DNA of 62,545 bases, filler included, from Actinomycetota bacterium (GTDB lineage Bacteria; Actinomycetota; CADDZG01; JAHWKV01; JAOPZY01), in the NCBI GenBank assembly GCA_025963875.1. It is 7 parts of 7 records of this genome, joined end to end, with 100 filler letters (N's around TTAATTAATTAA, not from the genome) between each part and the next. Parts side by side here need not be neighbours in the genome. Positions count along the whole stretch, not along the records: positions 22,880 to 28,056 come from JAOPZY010000205.1; positions 28,157 to 33,543 come from JAOPZY010000219.1; positions 33,644 to 52,925 come from JAOPZY010000261.1; 4 more parts are not named here. One strand, given 5' to 3'. The notes beneath the pieces were generated by a model, which was not told the DNA's origin, did no database searches, and saw nothing but the letters and a program-made list of their open reading frames with translations. Below are positions 25,557 to 35,407 of the stretch, piece by piece. Position 1 is the first letter of the stretch. Every line of letters starts with the position of its first letter. Both the position numbers and the translations under genes were made by a program.

Positions 25557-28056
25557 CCGGACGCTCGCCCAATCCATGCTCCACCGCCAGGCGAGTGAGC
25601 TCCACCCGGGAGGTGATCCCAACCTTGTCGAAGACATGCTTCAGATGGGTCCCCACCGTGTAGGTCGAAAGGTACAGGCGCTCCGCGACCTGGCGGTTGG
25701 TGAGGCCCTGGGCGACGAGGCGCACGACGCGGAGCTCGGCGCTGCTCACGGCCTCCCAGCCCAGCTTGGGCCGCGTGGAAGGAGCAACCCGCTGCGCCGA
25801 AGGACGGATGCCGGCGCGTCGGAGGTGCCGGCGCACACGTGCCTCGTCCCGCACGGCACCGGCGTTGTGGAACGACTCGAGGGCCTCGTTGAGGTACCTC
25901 GCGGCCCTCGAGTCGGGTGCTCGGCCGAGGAGGGCCTGGCCGGCGTCTTCGAAGGCGGACGCTCGGGCCATGACCCGCGGGCTGTCACGGAACTTCTCCG
26001 CGGCAACGACCAGCCCATCCGCGTCCCCGGTGGCAAGCCCCCCGCAGTGGGCGGCGGCAGCGGCGAAGGCGCCGAACCCGGGGTTGAGCAGGGCAAGCTC
26101 GTCGGCGGCGGCGATGACGACCCCGGCCCGGCCGAAGTCATCGGCGCGCTGGGCCAGGCGGACGAGCCGGGGCGCCAACGTCGGGTCGCGCGAGAGGTTC
26201 TGTCTGAGCAGCTCGGGCAGGTCGAAGGTCTCCTTCAGGGTCGCGACCGCTCCGGCAGGGTCGCCACGAGCATCGCGGAGGAGGGCTTCGGCCAGGCTGA
26301 GGTAAGCGGGCAGCGTGTGCCCGTACAGGTCCCGGTAGCTCCGGCTGCGGGCCAGGTGCGCCTCGGCAGCCTCGAGGTCGTTGCGATGGAGCGACACGAG
26401 GGCCAGCACCCCCAGAGGGAGGTTGGAGTCGTGCCACATGTCCAGAGCCTCGATGAGCGCGAGGGTGACCTCGGCTTCCACCGCGGCTTCTCCGAGGCGG
26501 CCCGCCATCATCCGCGAAGAGCAGGCGCAGCGCTCGCAGAACTCCAGCGCCCACGACGCGCCGAGCTCCTCGGCCTCTTTCCGGTAGGTGGCCAGGACGG
26601 CGTCGGCTTCGACGAAGCGGTCCATCGCGGACAGCACCCCCACGAGCAGGGCCTGGGGAAAGCGCTGACGGACCTCGGTGCTCCCGCGCTCGGCCGTCCG
26701 AGCGCACCCTTCGGAGATCGCGAGGGCCTGGGCCAGATGACCACCGGACGCGGTCACGAACCCGATACCGATTCGGCAGGCGAGGATGACCCCCTCGTCC
26801 CGGGGCTCGGCGCAGGCAATGCCCTCGTCGTAGGCGCGGGCGGCGGCCGAGACCTCTCCCTCCATGGCGAGGGCGAACCCGAGGTTGTGGAGGAAGTTGG
26901 CCCGCAGGCGGGGAGAGAGATCCGGCCGCGCCAGCGCCTCGCGGCACTGGACGATGACCTCGCGCCGGCGTCCCCCGAGCATGAGCGCGTCGGACAACCC
27001 GAGTCGCACGACGCTCGCCGACTCGGCGTCAAGCTCCAGGGCAAGGGCACGGTCCGCCAGGGCCATGGCCTCCGGGAAGCGGGATCCCCATGCTGCGAGG
27101 CGGACGGTGCCGGCCAGCGCCTCGGGCCAGCCGGGCCGGTCGGGGGTCATCAGCTCGATGGCTCCGAGGGCAAGCGCTGCGGCCGTTCGCGGCGCCTGGC
27201 CGGCGGTTTCCGCCGCCGCTCGTTGCAGGATGGCCACCGCCCCCTCGTCGCCGGGTGCGGCGGACGTCAGGAGATGGCCGGCGGCCTCCGTCGCCGAGCC
27301 GTTGCCGGCGACGATGGCTGCAGCCGCTCCCCGATGAAGCGCCACGAGCGCGCTCGGGGCCACGTCGGCGACGATCGCCTGGCGGATGAGCTCATGGCGG
27401 AACTCGAGGCCCCTCCCCTCGTCGACGAGGACGTTGGCCCGGATTGTCTCGTCGAGGAAGGGGACGAGAGCGCCGGGCACCGAACCCAGGACGGCCCCCA
27501 CGTCGGCGACAGTGAACGAGCGGCCGAACACCGAAGCGGCCTGGAGGAAGTGCAGCGCCCCGAGCGACAGCGAGCCCAGCCGCCCGCGGACGGTAGCCCG
27601 GAATCGGTCGGGTACCCGGGGGGCGACCAGCGACGCCACGCCGTCCTCGACCCGGATGGCATCGTCGGCGACGAGGGCCTGCAACAGATCGAGGGCGAGG
27701 AAGGGATTTCCGCCCGCACCGGCGAGAAAGCTCGCCAGCTCGGCGTCCGGGGTTCCGCCCGTCACGTCCGCAGCCAGCGCCTCCATGTCCGACGGGCCGA
27801 ATGGCGCGAGCTTGATTCGGGCGGCCCCCGCGGCCACCAACTCGGCGAGCAGGCGGTTGGCGCCAGTGCCGGCGGCTTCCGGCCGGGCAGCGAGCACCCA
27901 ACCCGCCGGAGAGGACGCGAGGCGCTGCGCCAGGCTCTGCACGGCCCAGATCGTCGCCGGATCCGCCCATTGCACGTCGTCGATGGTGATCAGGACGGGC
28001 GTGGACCGCGATCGCACCTCGAGCAGCTCGGCGAGCTCCTCCAGGAGCCAGAACCG
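25546..28056 (-). CDS. LAL-type LuxR regulator (5'-truncated by contig end)
   Basis: Walker B ITIDDVQWAD, GGNPF, FRHELIR, C-terminal HTH GLTNRQVAERLYLSTYTVGTHL. Confidence 0.9.
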   Translation of the reverse strand, partial: RFWLLEELAELLEVRSRSTPVLITIDDVQWADPATIWAVQSLAQRLASSPAGWVLAARPEAAGTGANRLLAELVAAGAARIKLAPFGPSDMEALAADVTGGTPDAELASFLAGAGGNPFLALDLLQALVADDAIRVEDGVASLVAPRVPDRFRATVRGRLGSLSLGALHFLQAASVFGRSFTVADVGAVLGSVPGALVPFLDETIRANVLVDEGRGLEFRHELIRQAIVADVAPSALVALHRGAAAAIVAGNGSATEAAGHLLTSAAPGDEGAVAILQRAAAETAGQAPRTAAALALGAIELMTPDRPGWPEALAGTVRLAAWGSRFPEAMALADRALALELDAESASVVRLGLSDALMLGGRRREVIVQCREALARPDLSPRLRANFLHNLGFALAMEGEVSAAARAYDEGIACAEPRDEGVILACRIGIGFVTASGGHLAQALAISEGCARTAERGSTEVRQRFPQALLVGVLSAMDRFVEADAVLATYRKEAEELGASWALEFCERCACSSRMMAGRLGEAAVEAEVTLALIEALDMWHDSNLPLGVLALVSLHRNDLEAAEAHLARSRSYRDLYGHTLPAYLSLAEALLRDARGDPAGAVATLKETFDLPELLRQNLSRDPTLAPRLVRLAQRADDFGRAGVVIAAADELALLNPGFGAFAAAAAHCGGLATGDADGLVVAAEKFRDSPRVMARASAFEDAGQALLGRAPDSRAARYLNEALESFHNAGAVRDEARVRRHLRRAGIRPSAQRVAPSTRPKLGWEAVSSAELRVVRLVAQGLTNRQVAERLYLSTYTVGTHLKHVFDKVGITSRVELTRLAVEHGLGERPVNP

Positions 28057-28156
28057 NNNNNNNNNNNNNNNNNNNNNNNNNNNNNNNNNNNNNNNNNNNN
28101 TTAATTAATTAANNNNNNNNNNNNNNNNNNNNNNNNNNNNNNNNNNNNNNNNNNNN

Positions 28157-28383
28157 GGATCGAGCGGGCGAGGGATCTTCTCCGCTCCGCCAACCTGACG
28201 GTCACCGAGATCTGCCACATCGTCGGCTTCTCGAGCCTGGGCTCCTTCAGCGCCCGCTTCACCGAGCTTGTCGGGTGCTCGCCAAGCCAGTACCGGGAGG
28301 ACGTGATCCGCAACGGCGGGCCACCGCGGATACCGGGCTGCGTCGTGATGATGTGGACCAGGACGGGCTCCCCGCCCCACTGA
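28157..28383 (+). CDS. AraC-family regulator, 3' part
   Basis: Manual translation IERARDLLRSANLTVTEICHIVGFSSLGSFSARFTELVGCSPSQYR...IPGC, with stop at 28381-28383. Confidence 0.88.
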
Positions 28384-28466
28384 GCAATCGGGGAGAAGCG
28401 CGCTGGGGCAGGGCGGCCGTACCCTTCTCGCTGTCAAACACGGATCGATCGGAAGGGGACGAGGCA

Positions 28467-28877
28467 ATGATCAAGCGGCTCTCGCACGCAGGTGTCCCGG
28501 TGCTCGACCAGGACTCCGCCAAGGCGTTCTACACGGAGAAGCTGGGGCTCGAGGTCCGCACGGACGTCACCATGGATGGATTCCGGTGGCTCACCGTCAG
28601 CCCGCACGACCAGCCGGATCTGGAGTTCATCCTCGTGCGGCCCGGCCCCCCTATGCACGACGAGGAGACCGGCGCGCAGATCCGGGCGCTGGTGGCCAAG
28701 GGCGCGATTGGGGGAGGCGTCTGGGAGACCGATGACTGCAAGGCGACCTACGACGAACTATCGGCGAAAGGGGTCCAGTTCCTGCAGGAGCCGGCCGACC
28801 GCCCGTACGGCATCGAGGCGGTGTTCCGGGACGACTCGGGGAAGTGGTTCAGCCTCACGCAGCGGACTGAGGGCTGA
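28467..28877 (+). CDS. VOC/glyoxalase family protein
   Basis: SHAGVPVLDQDSAKAFYTEKLG...RWLTV...GVQFLQEPADRPYGIEAVFRDDSG. Confidence 0.92.
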   Translation: MIKRLSHAGVPVLDQDSAKAFYTEKLGLEVRTDVTMDGFRWLTVSPHDQPDLEFILVRPGPPMHDEETGAQIRALVAKGAIGGGVWETDDCKATYDELSAKGVQFLQEPADRPYGIEAVFRDDSGKWFSLTQRTEG

Positions 28878-28883
28878 CATCCG

Positions 28884-28929
28884 GCCCAACATCTTGGGGC
28901 TCCCTTTCGGAAACCACGAAATATAGGGG
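28884..28929 (+). promoter_or_regulatory. Tandem NrdR boxes
   Basis: GCCCAACATCTTGGGG (28884-28899) and CCACGAAATATAGGGG (28914-28929) fit the consensus acaCwAtATaTwGtg. They start 30 bp apart, just upstream of nrdR. Confidence 0.8.
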
Positions 28930-28964
28930 AATTTCTGCGAAGGTAGCGTAGAATTTCTTCTGAG

Positions 28965-29453
28965 ATGCGTTGTCCATCCTGTGGCCACGACGAAGACCGG
29001 GTGGTGGACTCGCGTGTGGCCGAGGAGGGCCGCGCCATCCGCCGCCGCCGTGAGTGCGAGGTGTGCAGCCAGCGCTTCACCACCTTCGAACGGGTGGAGA
29101 ACGCCCCGCTGCTCGTCGCCAAGAGGTCGGGGGAGAAGCAGCCCTTCGACCGCGAGAAGCTGATCTCGGGGGTCCGCAAGGCGTGCAAGAACCGCCCGGT
29201 GCTGCCCGAGGCGATGGAGCGGGTGGCCGACGACATCGTCGAGACGCTCCGGCTTGAGGGTCGCAGCGTTGTCTCGACCGCGGATCTCGGTAGAGACGTC
29301 CTCGAGCGGCTCCGCGACATCGACGAGGTCGCCTACCTGCGCTTCGCCAGCGTCTACAAAGATTTCAAGGAGCTGAACGACTTCGAGCGGGAGCTCGGGC
29401 TCCTGGCCAAGAAGGTCCCCCCGAAGCTGCCCGCCGGGGTCCCGGAGGAGTGA
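28965..29453 (+). CDS. nrdR: Transcriptional repressor NrdR
   Basis: MRCPSC...VVDSR...IRRRRECEVC..RFTTFE, ATP-cone, VAYLRFASVY. Confidence 0.98.
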   Translation: MRCPSCGHDEDRVVDSRVAEEGRAIRRRRECEVCSQRFTTFERVENAPLLVAKRSGEKQPFDREKLISGVRKACKNRPVLPEAMERVADDIVETLRLEGRSVVSTADLGRDVLERLRDIDEVAYLRFASVYKDFKELNDFERELGLLAKKVPPKLPAGVPEE

Positions 29454-29893
29454 CCGACGCCCCAAAGGTCCTCATTCGGCGGCTCGATCCAAGCCTCCCG
29501 CTGCCGTCGTACGCTCTGGCCGGCGACGCCGGCATGGACCTCCGCGCGGCGGTCTACGCGGTCTTGAAGCCCGGTGAGCGTTGCCGGATCCCCACGGGCA
29601 TCGCCCTCGCCATCCCGGACGGCTACGCCGGCTTCGTGCAGCCCCGCTCCGGTCTGGCGGCCCTGGCGGGCCTTAGCCTTGTGAACTCCCCGGGCCTCAT
29701 CGATTCGGGGTACCGGGGTGAGATCCAGGTGGTCGCCATCAACCTAGACTGGCAGGAGCCCATCGAAATCCGTCGGGGCGACAAGATCGCCCAGCTCGTG
29801 ATCCTCCCGGTGCCGCAGGCGACGCTGACCGAGGTGGAGGCGCTGCCGGCGTCCGACCGTGGGGACGGGGGCTTCGGATCGACGGGAAGCTGA
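29450..29893 (+). CDS. dut: dUTP diphosphatase
   Basis: AGMDL, PRSGLA, GLIDSGYRGEI, IAQL, RGDGGFGSTG. GTGA overlap with nrdR. Confidence 0.97.
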   Translation: MTDAPKVLIRRLDPSLPLPSYALAGDAGMDLRAAVYAVLKPGERCRIPTGIALAIPDGYAGFVQPRSGLAALAGLSLVNSPGLIDSGYRGEIQVVAINLDWQEPIEIRRGDKIAQLVILPVPQATLTEVEALPASDRGDGGFGSTGS

Positions 29894-29922
29894 CGGCCGG
29901 GGACGGTAGGATATTGAGTCAC

Positions 29923-29998
29923 GCGGACGTGGCTCAGCTGGTAGAGCATCACCTTGCCAAGGTGAGGGTCGCGGGTTCGAATCCCGTCGTCCGCTCCA
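29923..29998 (+). tRNA. tRNA-Gly (GCC)
   Basis: Full cloverleaf: acceptor GCGGACG/CGTCCGC, anticodon loop TTGCCAA, T-loop TTCGAAT, encoded CCA. A -10-like TAGGAT lies at 29907-29912. Confidence 0.98.
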
Positions 29999-30094
29999 GG
30001 TAACACCGCAGGTCAGGGGCCTAAGGGCCCGCTTCGGCTCGGGGGGAGGCTTGCCCTTCCCCTGAGGAATCCGCAAACAGGCCGCAGCCCAATC

Positions 30095-30118
30095 CGTCTG
30101 TGTCTTCGTCTGTGTCTT
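30095..30118. repeat. Tandem 12-bp repeat downstream of the tRNA (possible integrase arm-type sites)
   Basis: CGTCTGTGTCTT x2, about 100 bp after the tRNA 3' end. Confidence 0.55.
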
Positions 30119-30168
30119 CTGAAGACCTGGGCTTACTCCTGGGCCGAGATTACCTCTCCGGTTGAGAT

Positions 30169-30756
30169 CTACCCCCAGCACCTTGAGCGGGCCCCTGGGG
30201 GCATCTCGTGGGGAGCCCTATCCCGTGCCTCATGCCGAGCCAGCAAACCGAAGGCCGCCAGCGTCGCTGCGTCCTTGATCCTTCCTTCGTCCACCATCGC
30301 CCAGAACTCCTCGGTGGACACGTGTCGCACCCGCAGATCGCCTTCCTCCGGGTCGGGACGAGGTTCTCCTTGAGTCAGGCCTGTCGCCAGGAACACATGG
30401 CATCGCTGGGCCGTCAGCCCGTAGGCCCCGAACAGGTCTCCGAGGCGAAGCAAAGACGCAGCTCGCAACCCGGTCTCGGCCTCCAGCTCCTCCCGGGCGA
30501 CCTCGAGCGGCTCGGCCTCCGGCCGGTCCTCCCACGTCCCCTGGGGGAACTCCCAATACCGGCCCCGGACCGGGTAGCGATACTGCTCCACCAGAAACAC
30601 GCCCTCCTCGTCTCGGGGGATGATCAGGGAGTAGTCGAGTTTCTCGACAACGCTGTAGAGGCCCGGCGTTCCGTTCGTGTGCTCGATTCGATCCTCCCGG
30701 ACGCGCATCCAGCGGTTGCCGTAGACGATCTTCGAACCAGTCGTTTCGATCTCCAT
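30169..30756 (-). CDS. Nudix hydrolase (ADP-ribose pyrophosphatase-like)
   Basis: LVEQYRYPV..WEFPQG, variant Nudix box GTWEDRPEAEPLEVAREELEAETG, GRIKDAAT. Confidence 0.88.
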   Translation of the reverse strand: MEIETTGSKIVYGNRWMRVREDRIEHTNGTPGLYSVVEKLDYSLIIPRDEEGVFLVEQYRYPVRGRYWEFPQGTWEDRPEAEPLEVAREELEAETGLRAASLLRLGDLFGAYGLTAQRCHVFLATGLTQGEPRPDPEEGDLRVRHVSTEEFWAMVDEGRIKDAATLAAFGLLARHEARDRAPHEMPPGARSRCWG

Positions 30757-31225
30757 AGCCGGTCCTATTCTCTGGCTGGCGGGCCGCTGACATCTTCCCT
30801 CAAGCCGACCCAAGGCACTCAGGGTCCCCGGCGTGTCTCTGGTGACTCCCTTCGCCTCCGATGGGCCTCCCCTCATGACGTCTCGTTTGGGTTCCGTTGC
30901 TTATGACTATTTCGCTTCAACCGTCTGATTGGCGTGGGGGTAGCAAGCTGCCAGGAGCTTCCTCCCAAGGACGCCCTCCTCAGAGCCCCAAGGGTTCCGA
31001 GGCGTAACCGCCCCGCGGGCGGATTTTTGACACCCGCGCCGCCAAGGTTTTCCAGAAGATTCCCTCAAAGATATTGACGCTGACTTTCATCGCTCGTAGG
31101 CTTCACATCCGCAAGGGAATGTTGCCCGGTCTCTTGAGCGATGCCCGTTGGCGGCATCGGTTCTTTCTATTGTTTCTATGTATCCGAGAGACTACCGGCG
31201 CACATCCATTCCAGGGGGGAAAAGC

Positions 31226-33543
31226 GTGACTCTTCGTCGACGAGTGACTCGTTTTATCGGCAGTGGTATGACGTCGCTTCTCCTCCTGGCCATGTCGGTA
31301 TTTGCGGCGGTACCGTCGCACGCCGCCACCCCCGGCGGTATCTTCCTGACCGGGCATGACCCTGACTTCCATTCCGTCGGCGGCAACACCACCGGCGCCC
31401 AGCACATCATCCAGCGGGCGGTCAGCTTCGTCACCTCCGGCATCGCGAGCCCCCGCCTCCTCCTGGTAACCGACGTCCACAGCCCCGGAGCCGGCTACAT
31501 CGACCCCCGCTTGGGGATGAACGCAGCGGGCTTCAGCGGGTACGACGTGGCGGACGACGGGACCGGTGGTGGCGCCATCAAGGACCTCCACACCGTCAAC
31601 TTCTCGAACTACGACGTCGTGGTCATTGCGTCGGACTACGGCGGCTGGCTCCGGCAGGCCGAGCTCGACATCCTGAACGCACGCTCCTCGGCCATCATCA
31701 GCTTTATCAACGGCGGGGGTGGCCTCGTTGCCTTTGCCGAGTCCGGGGGTGCCAGCGGGACCCAGACCAGCCATAACCGGTTCGGCTTCCTGCCCTTCGT
31801 GGTCTCGAGCACCCCGCTCAGCCAAAGCGAGACGGCCAATACTCTCACCCCTTTCGGAACGAGCCTCGGCCTCGTCAACAGCGACATCAACGGCAACTTC
31901 TCCCACAACGTCTTCACGAAGACGGGGCCTCTGCAGATCGTCGACCTCGACCCGACGAACGAGATCCTGAGCGCGGCTGAGCGCGGTCTCGTCGTGCCGT
32001 CCGTGGACACCAATCTGACAGCCACCTCGGGGCAGTCCGGTACGTCGATCACCGTCCCCATCGGGAGCAGCGTGGCGGACGCCGCGACCTTGACGGGGGC
32101 GACGCCGGATGCGGGGGGTACCGTCGGCTATATCGTCTACTCGGACAGCGGGTGTACGACGGCCATTGCCAGCGGGGGCTCGGTGACAGTGGTCAATGGC
32201 AGCGTGCCCCCCTCGAATCCGGTCGCCTTCAACACCTTCGGCACGTTCTATTGGGTAGCGGGGTACAGCGGCGACTCGAAGAACATTGCGAACGCCAGCG
32301 CATGCGGCGGGGAGACGGTGACCGTTGTGAAGGCGACGCCGTCCGTCTCCACCACCCCGTCGGGAAGTGTTCCCCCAGGGGGCAGCGTCTCCGACTCGGC
32401 GACCTTGACGGGCGGCTTCTCGCCCTCGGGCTCGGTGACCTTCGAGCTCTTCGCACCGACCGACGGCACGTGTTCCGGGCAGCCGATCTCCACCACGAGT
32501 GGCACCATCACCGGCGGCACGGCGTCCTCTGGCAACGTCACCGTGGGAGCAGCGGGCACGTACAACTGGGTCGCCTCCTACGCCGGTGACGCCAACAACA
32601 ACGCTGCGACATCATCTTGTGGCACCGAGCCCGTTGTCGTCACCAAGGCATCACCGTCCATCTCGACGACCCCCTCGGGCTCCGTGCCTGCCGGAGGCAA
32701 CGTCTCGGACTCTGCAACGATCTCCGGTGGGGTATCGCCCGCCGGCACCGTGACCTTCGATCTCTTCGCACCGGCCGACCCCACATGTGCCGGGCAGCCG
32801 ATCTCCATCACGAGTGGCACCATCAGCGGTGGCACCGCCTCCTCCGGCAACGTCCCCGTGGGAGCGGCCGGGACCTACAACTGGGTCGCCACGTACAGCG
32901 GCGATGCCAGCAACAACTCCGCGACGTCGCCGTGTGGCAGTGAGCCCGTCGACGTCACGAAGGCGACCCCCTCCATCGCCACGACCCCGTCGGGTTCCGT
33001 GCCCGCTGGGGGCAACGTTGCCGACTCGGCGACGCTGACCGGGGGCTTCTCGCCCGGCGGCAGTGTGGACTTCACGCTGTACGCCCCCGGCGACACCACA
33101 TGCAAGACGCCGATCGCCACCAGGACGGGCACCCTCACCGGCGGCACAGCGTCCTCTGGCAGCGTCACCGTCGGAGCTGGCGGCACGTACAACTGGGTGG
33201 CCGCGTATGGCGGGGACGCCAACAACAACTCCGTGACGTCGCCCTGCGGCAGTGAGCCGGTCACGGTCACCGCGCAGCGACTGACGGGACGTGCCTACGG
33301 ACTGTCGGCCAATGCCACGGCTGTCCTGGGCACCGTGCTCGTGAACGTGCAGCCGACACCCGACACCGGCTTCATCTCGACGACCTCCTCCTCGACCACA
33401 TCCACCCCGTGCGTGGCGACACTCAGCGGCCTGGTCAGCGCCGACGTCCTCTGTGCCAACGTCACCACGGTCGGATTCCCCGGCAAGTCGACGGCCAGCG
33501 CCTCGGTCGCCGATGCCAGGGTGGGCATCGTGGGCATTCCGAC
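31226..33543 (+). CDS. Secreted/surface protein with an N-terminal alpha/beta domain and four Cys-containing Ig-like repeats (partial)
   Basis: RBS GGGGGA plus GTG 31226, signal peptide ending PSHA/A, and Ser/Thr/Gly-rich repeats containing YNWVASYAGD. Confidence 0.85.
32330..33272 (+). repeat. Three tandem ~315-bp intragenic repeats (plus a diverged unit at ~32003-32329)
   Basis: Units start at 32330, 32645 and 32960 (KATPS/KASPS...), each with two Cys. Confidence 0.9.
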
Positions 33544-33728
33544 NNNNNNNNNNNNNNNNNNNNNNNNNNNNNNNNNNNNNNNNNNNNTTAATTAATTAAN
33601 NNNNNNNNNNNNNNNNNNNNNNNNNNNNNNNNNNNNNNNNNNNGATCGACGACCTGCAGCGCCGGGCCGAGTCGCTGCGCCGGGTGGCGGGGTCGGCGGC
33701 GGGCTAGCCATCCCCCCGGAAACCGGTC

Positions 33729-34126
33729 CTACGGCCTGCAGACGAAGTCGATGGTCGACGTGGCGCCGGGAGAACGGTGTAGGAATCGAGTTGGGTATGG
33801 CAGGAGGAGGCCGGGAGGCTGAAGACCACGCTGCCGACACTGGCCTTGTAGCTGCCCGCGGGCAGGGAGACGGAGTAGCTGCCGTCCGATCCGACCGTCA
33901 CCTTGGTGGTCTTGCCCGCGTCGTCGGTGAGGACGACCTCGCCCGCCAGAGGCTGTGGCGGGGCGCCCACGGACGAGCCGACGGCAACGCCCTTCAGGGT
34001 GCCGTTGACATGCCCTGGCGAGTCCCTGTGACAGCCTGCGGTCACCACAAGCACCGACAGGGCTGCCCCGAGCAACAGCTGCGTCCGTGCACCTTTGGAC
34101 GTGGATGCTTCCAGGTTCCGCTTCAC
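33729..34126 (-). CDS. Small lipoprotein with carboxypeptidase-regulatory-like beta-sandwich (probable 1-bp frameshift near 3' end)
   Basis: RBS AAGGGGGGAG, GTG 34126, lipobox-like TAGC and DGSYSVSLPAGSY. As written it ends at 33704. One extra C at 33768-33770 gives PGATSTIDFVCRP-stop at 33729. Confidence 0.65.
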
Positions 34127-34172
34127 GCTCCCCCCTTTTGCGAGGAGGCTATCGCAGCGGTCGGTCCGGGCA

Positions 34173-34850
34173 CTAATCCAGGGTTCGGGCGAGGAAGAAC
34201 AGCACCGCTGCCACCCGCCGGCCGACCTCCATCTGCTCGGAGAGCCCGAGCTTGCGGAAGATCGAGTCGCTGTGCTTCTCGACGGCCCGCTCGGACAGGA
34301 CCAGGTCCCGGGCGATGGCGGCGTTGTTGCGGCCCGAGGCCATGAGGGCGAGCACCTCGTGCTCGCGCTCGGTGAGGCCCCGCAGGCGGGAGTGCGCCCG
34401 GCGGCGCTGGGCCTCGAGCAGGCCGTCGACCACCTTGGGGTCGAGCACCGATCCTCCGGCGGCGACCTCGCGGATCGCCTCCACCAGCTGGGCGGGGTCC
34501 CCGAGGCGCTCCTTGAGGAGGTAGGCCCTCCCGGCGGGGGTGTCTCCGAGGAACTCGAGGGCGTACTCGGGGTCGGCGTGCTGGGAGAGGATGACGACGC
34601 CGAGCCCCGGGTGCTCGGCGCGGATCTTGTGGGCCGCCTCGATGCCCTCCATGCGGTAGGTGGGCGGCATCCGGATGTCGAGCACCACCACCTGGGGGGA
34701 GGTCTGCAGGATGCACTCGTCCAGCTCGGCGGGATTGGCGGCCAGCCCGACCACCTCGACGCCGGGCACGGAGGACAGGACGCTGCGAGCCCCCTCGCGC
34801 ACAAGGTAGTCGTCGTCGACCACGACGACGCGGAGAGAGGCTACTTCCAT
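34173..34850 (-). CDS. NarL/LuxR-family response regulator (orphan)
   Basis: VVVVDDD, VLDIRMPP, YLLK, LTEREHEVLALMASGRNN..AVEKH. Confidence 0.95.
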   Translation of the reverse strand: MEVASLRVVVVDDDYLVREGARSVLSSVPGVEVVGLAANPAELDECILQTSPQVVVLDIRMPPTYRMEGIEAAHKIRAEHPGLGVVILSQHADPEYALEFLGDTPAGRAYLLKERLGDPAQLVEAIREVAAGGSVLDPKVVDGLLEAQRRRAHSRLRGLTEREHEVLALMASGRNNAAIARDLVLSERAVEKHSDSIFRKLGLSEQMEVGRRVAAVLFFLARTLD

Positions 34851-34930
34851 GGAAGTGGCCGCCTGCGGTGGCTGCACGGTTGTTGCATGAGGGTTCATTG
34901 TTCACCCTTCCGCCCCGTCCGTGGCAAGCA

Positions 34931-34969
34931 GTGGTGCTGGCACCACCATTCCGGTGGGTGTGCTGGCAC
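34931..34969. promoter_or_regulatory. Palindromic sites upstream of the response regulator
   Basis: GTGGTGC-TG-GCACCAC (34931-34946) and a second GTGCTGGCAC at 34960-34969. Confidence 0.55.
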
Positions 34970-35407
34970 TATTCCATTTTGGTTGGTGCAACGGCACACT
35001 TGAAGTCGAGTCAGGGACGGGGGATCCCGAAGCTTTCAGCGCCGGGGAACGGATGGGGGCGGACCGCCCGAGCGGGCAGCGTCCGCCCCCAGTCCCGATC
35101 GGTTCCCGCCAACCTCGCCTCCCGAGCCCCGTTGGGTGTCAGCGGCGAGGCGGCTGGGTATCGATGGTGGCGCAGCCGGTGCGCCGGCCGAGAAGCCACG
35201 ATGGAGGGGCGCATCCAGGGTCGATGACGACTGCCTCGAGCGTAGTGCTCCGGGCAGTGGTGAAGTGGGCCCCGCTGCCCGGGGCACCCCCGCCTGGCTC
35301 CTGGTCGCCGGCGGTAGTCACCGGCTGCCAACACCTCCCGTCGAAGCCTCTGAGGGCTAGGCAATCCTCCCTGGTTGGCTCACCACCGCAGGGGTAATGG
35401 TTCGAGC

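Noticed and set aside
25540..28104. Long antisense ORFs (e.g. 25540-28104 +, 36686-38422 +, 43007-44776 -, 50677-52521 -, 2780-4291 -)
   Set aside because: They are shadow ORFs opposite motif-supported genes, expected at this GC content, and carry no recognisable motifs.
35000..35400. Possible gene or ncRNA between the response regulator and the AI-2E gene
   Set aside because: The ORFs are low-complexity in all frames and no convincing structure or motif was found.
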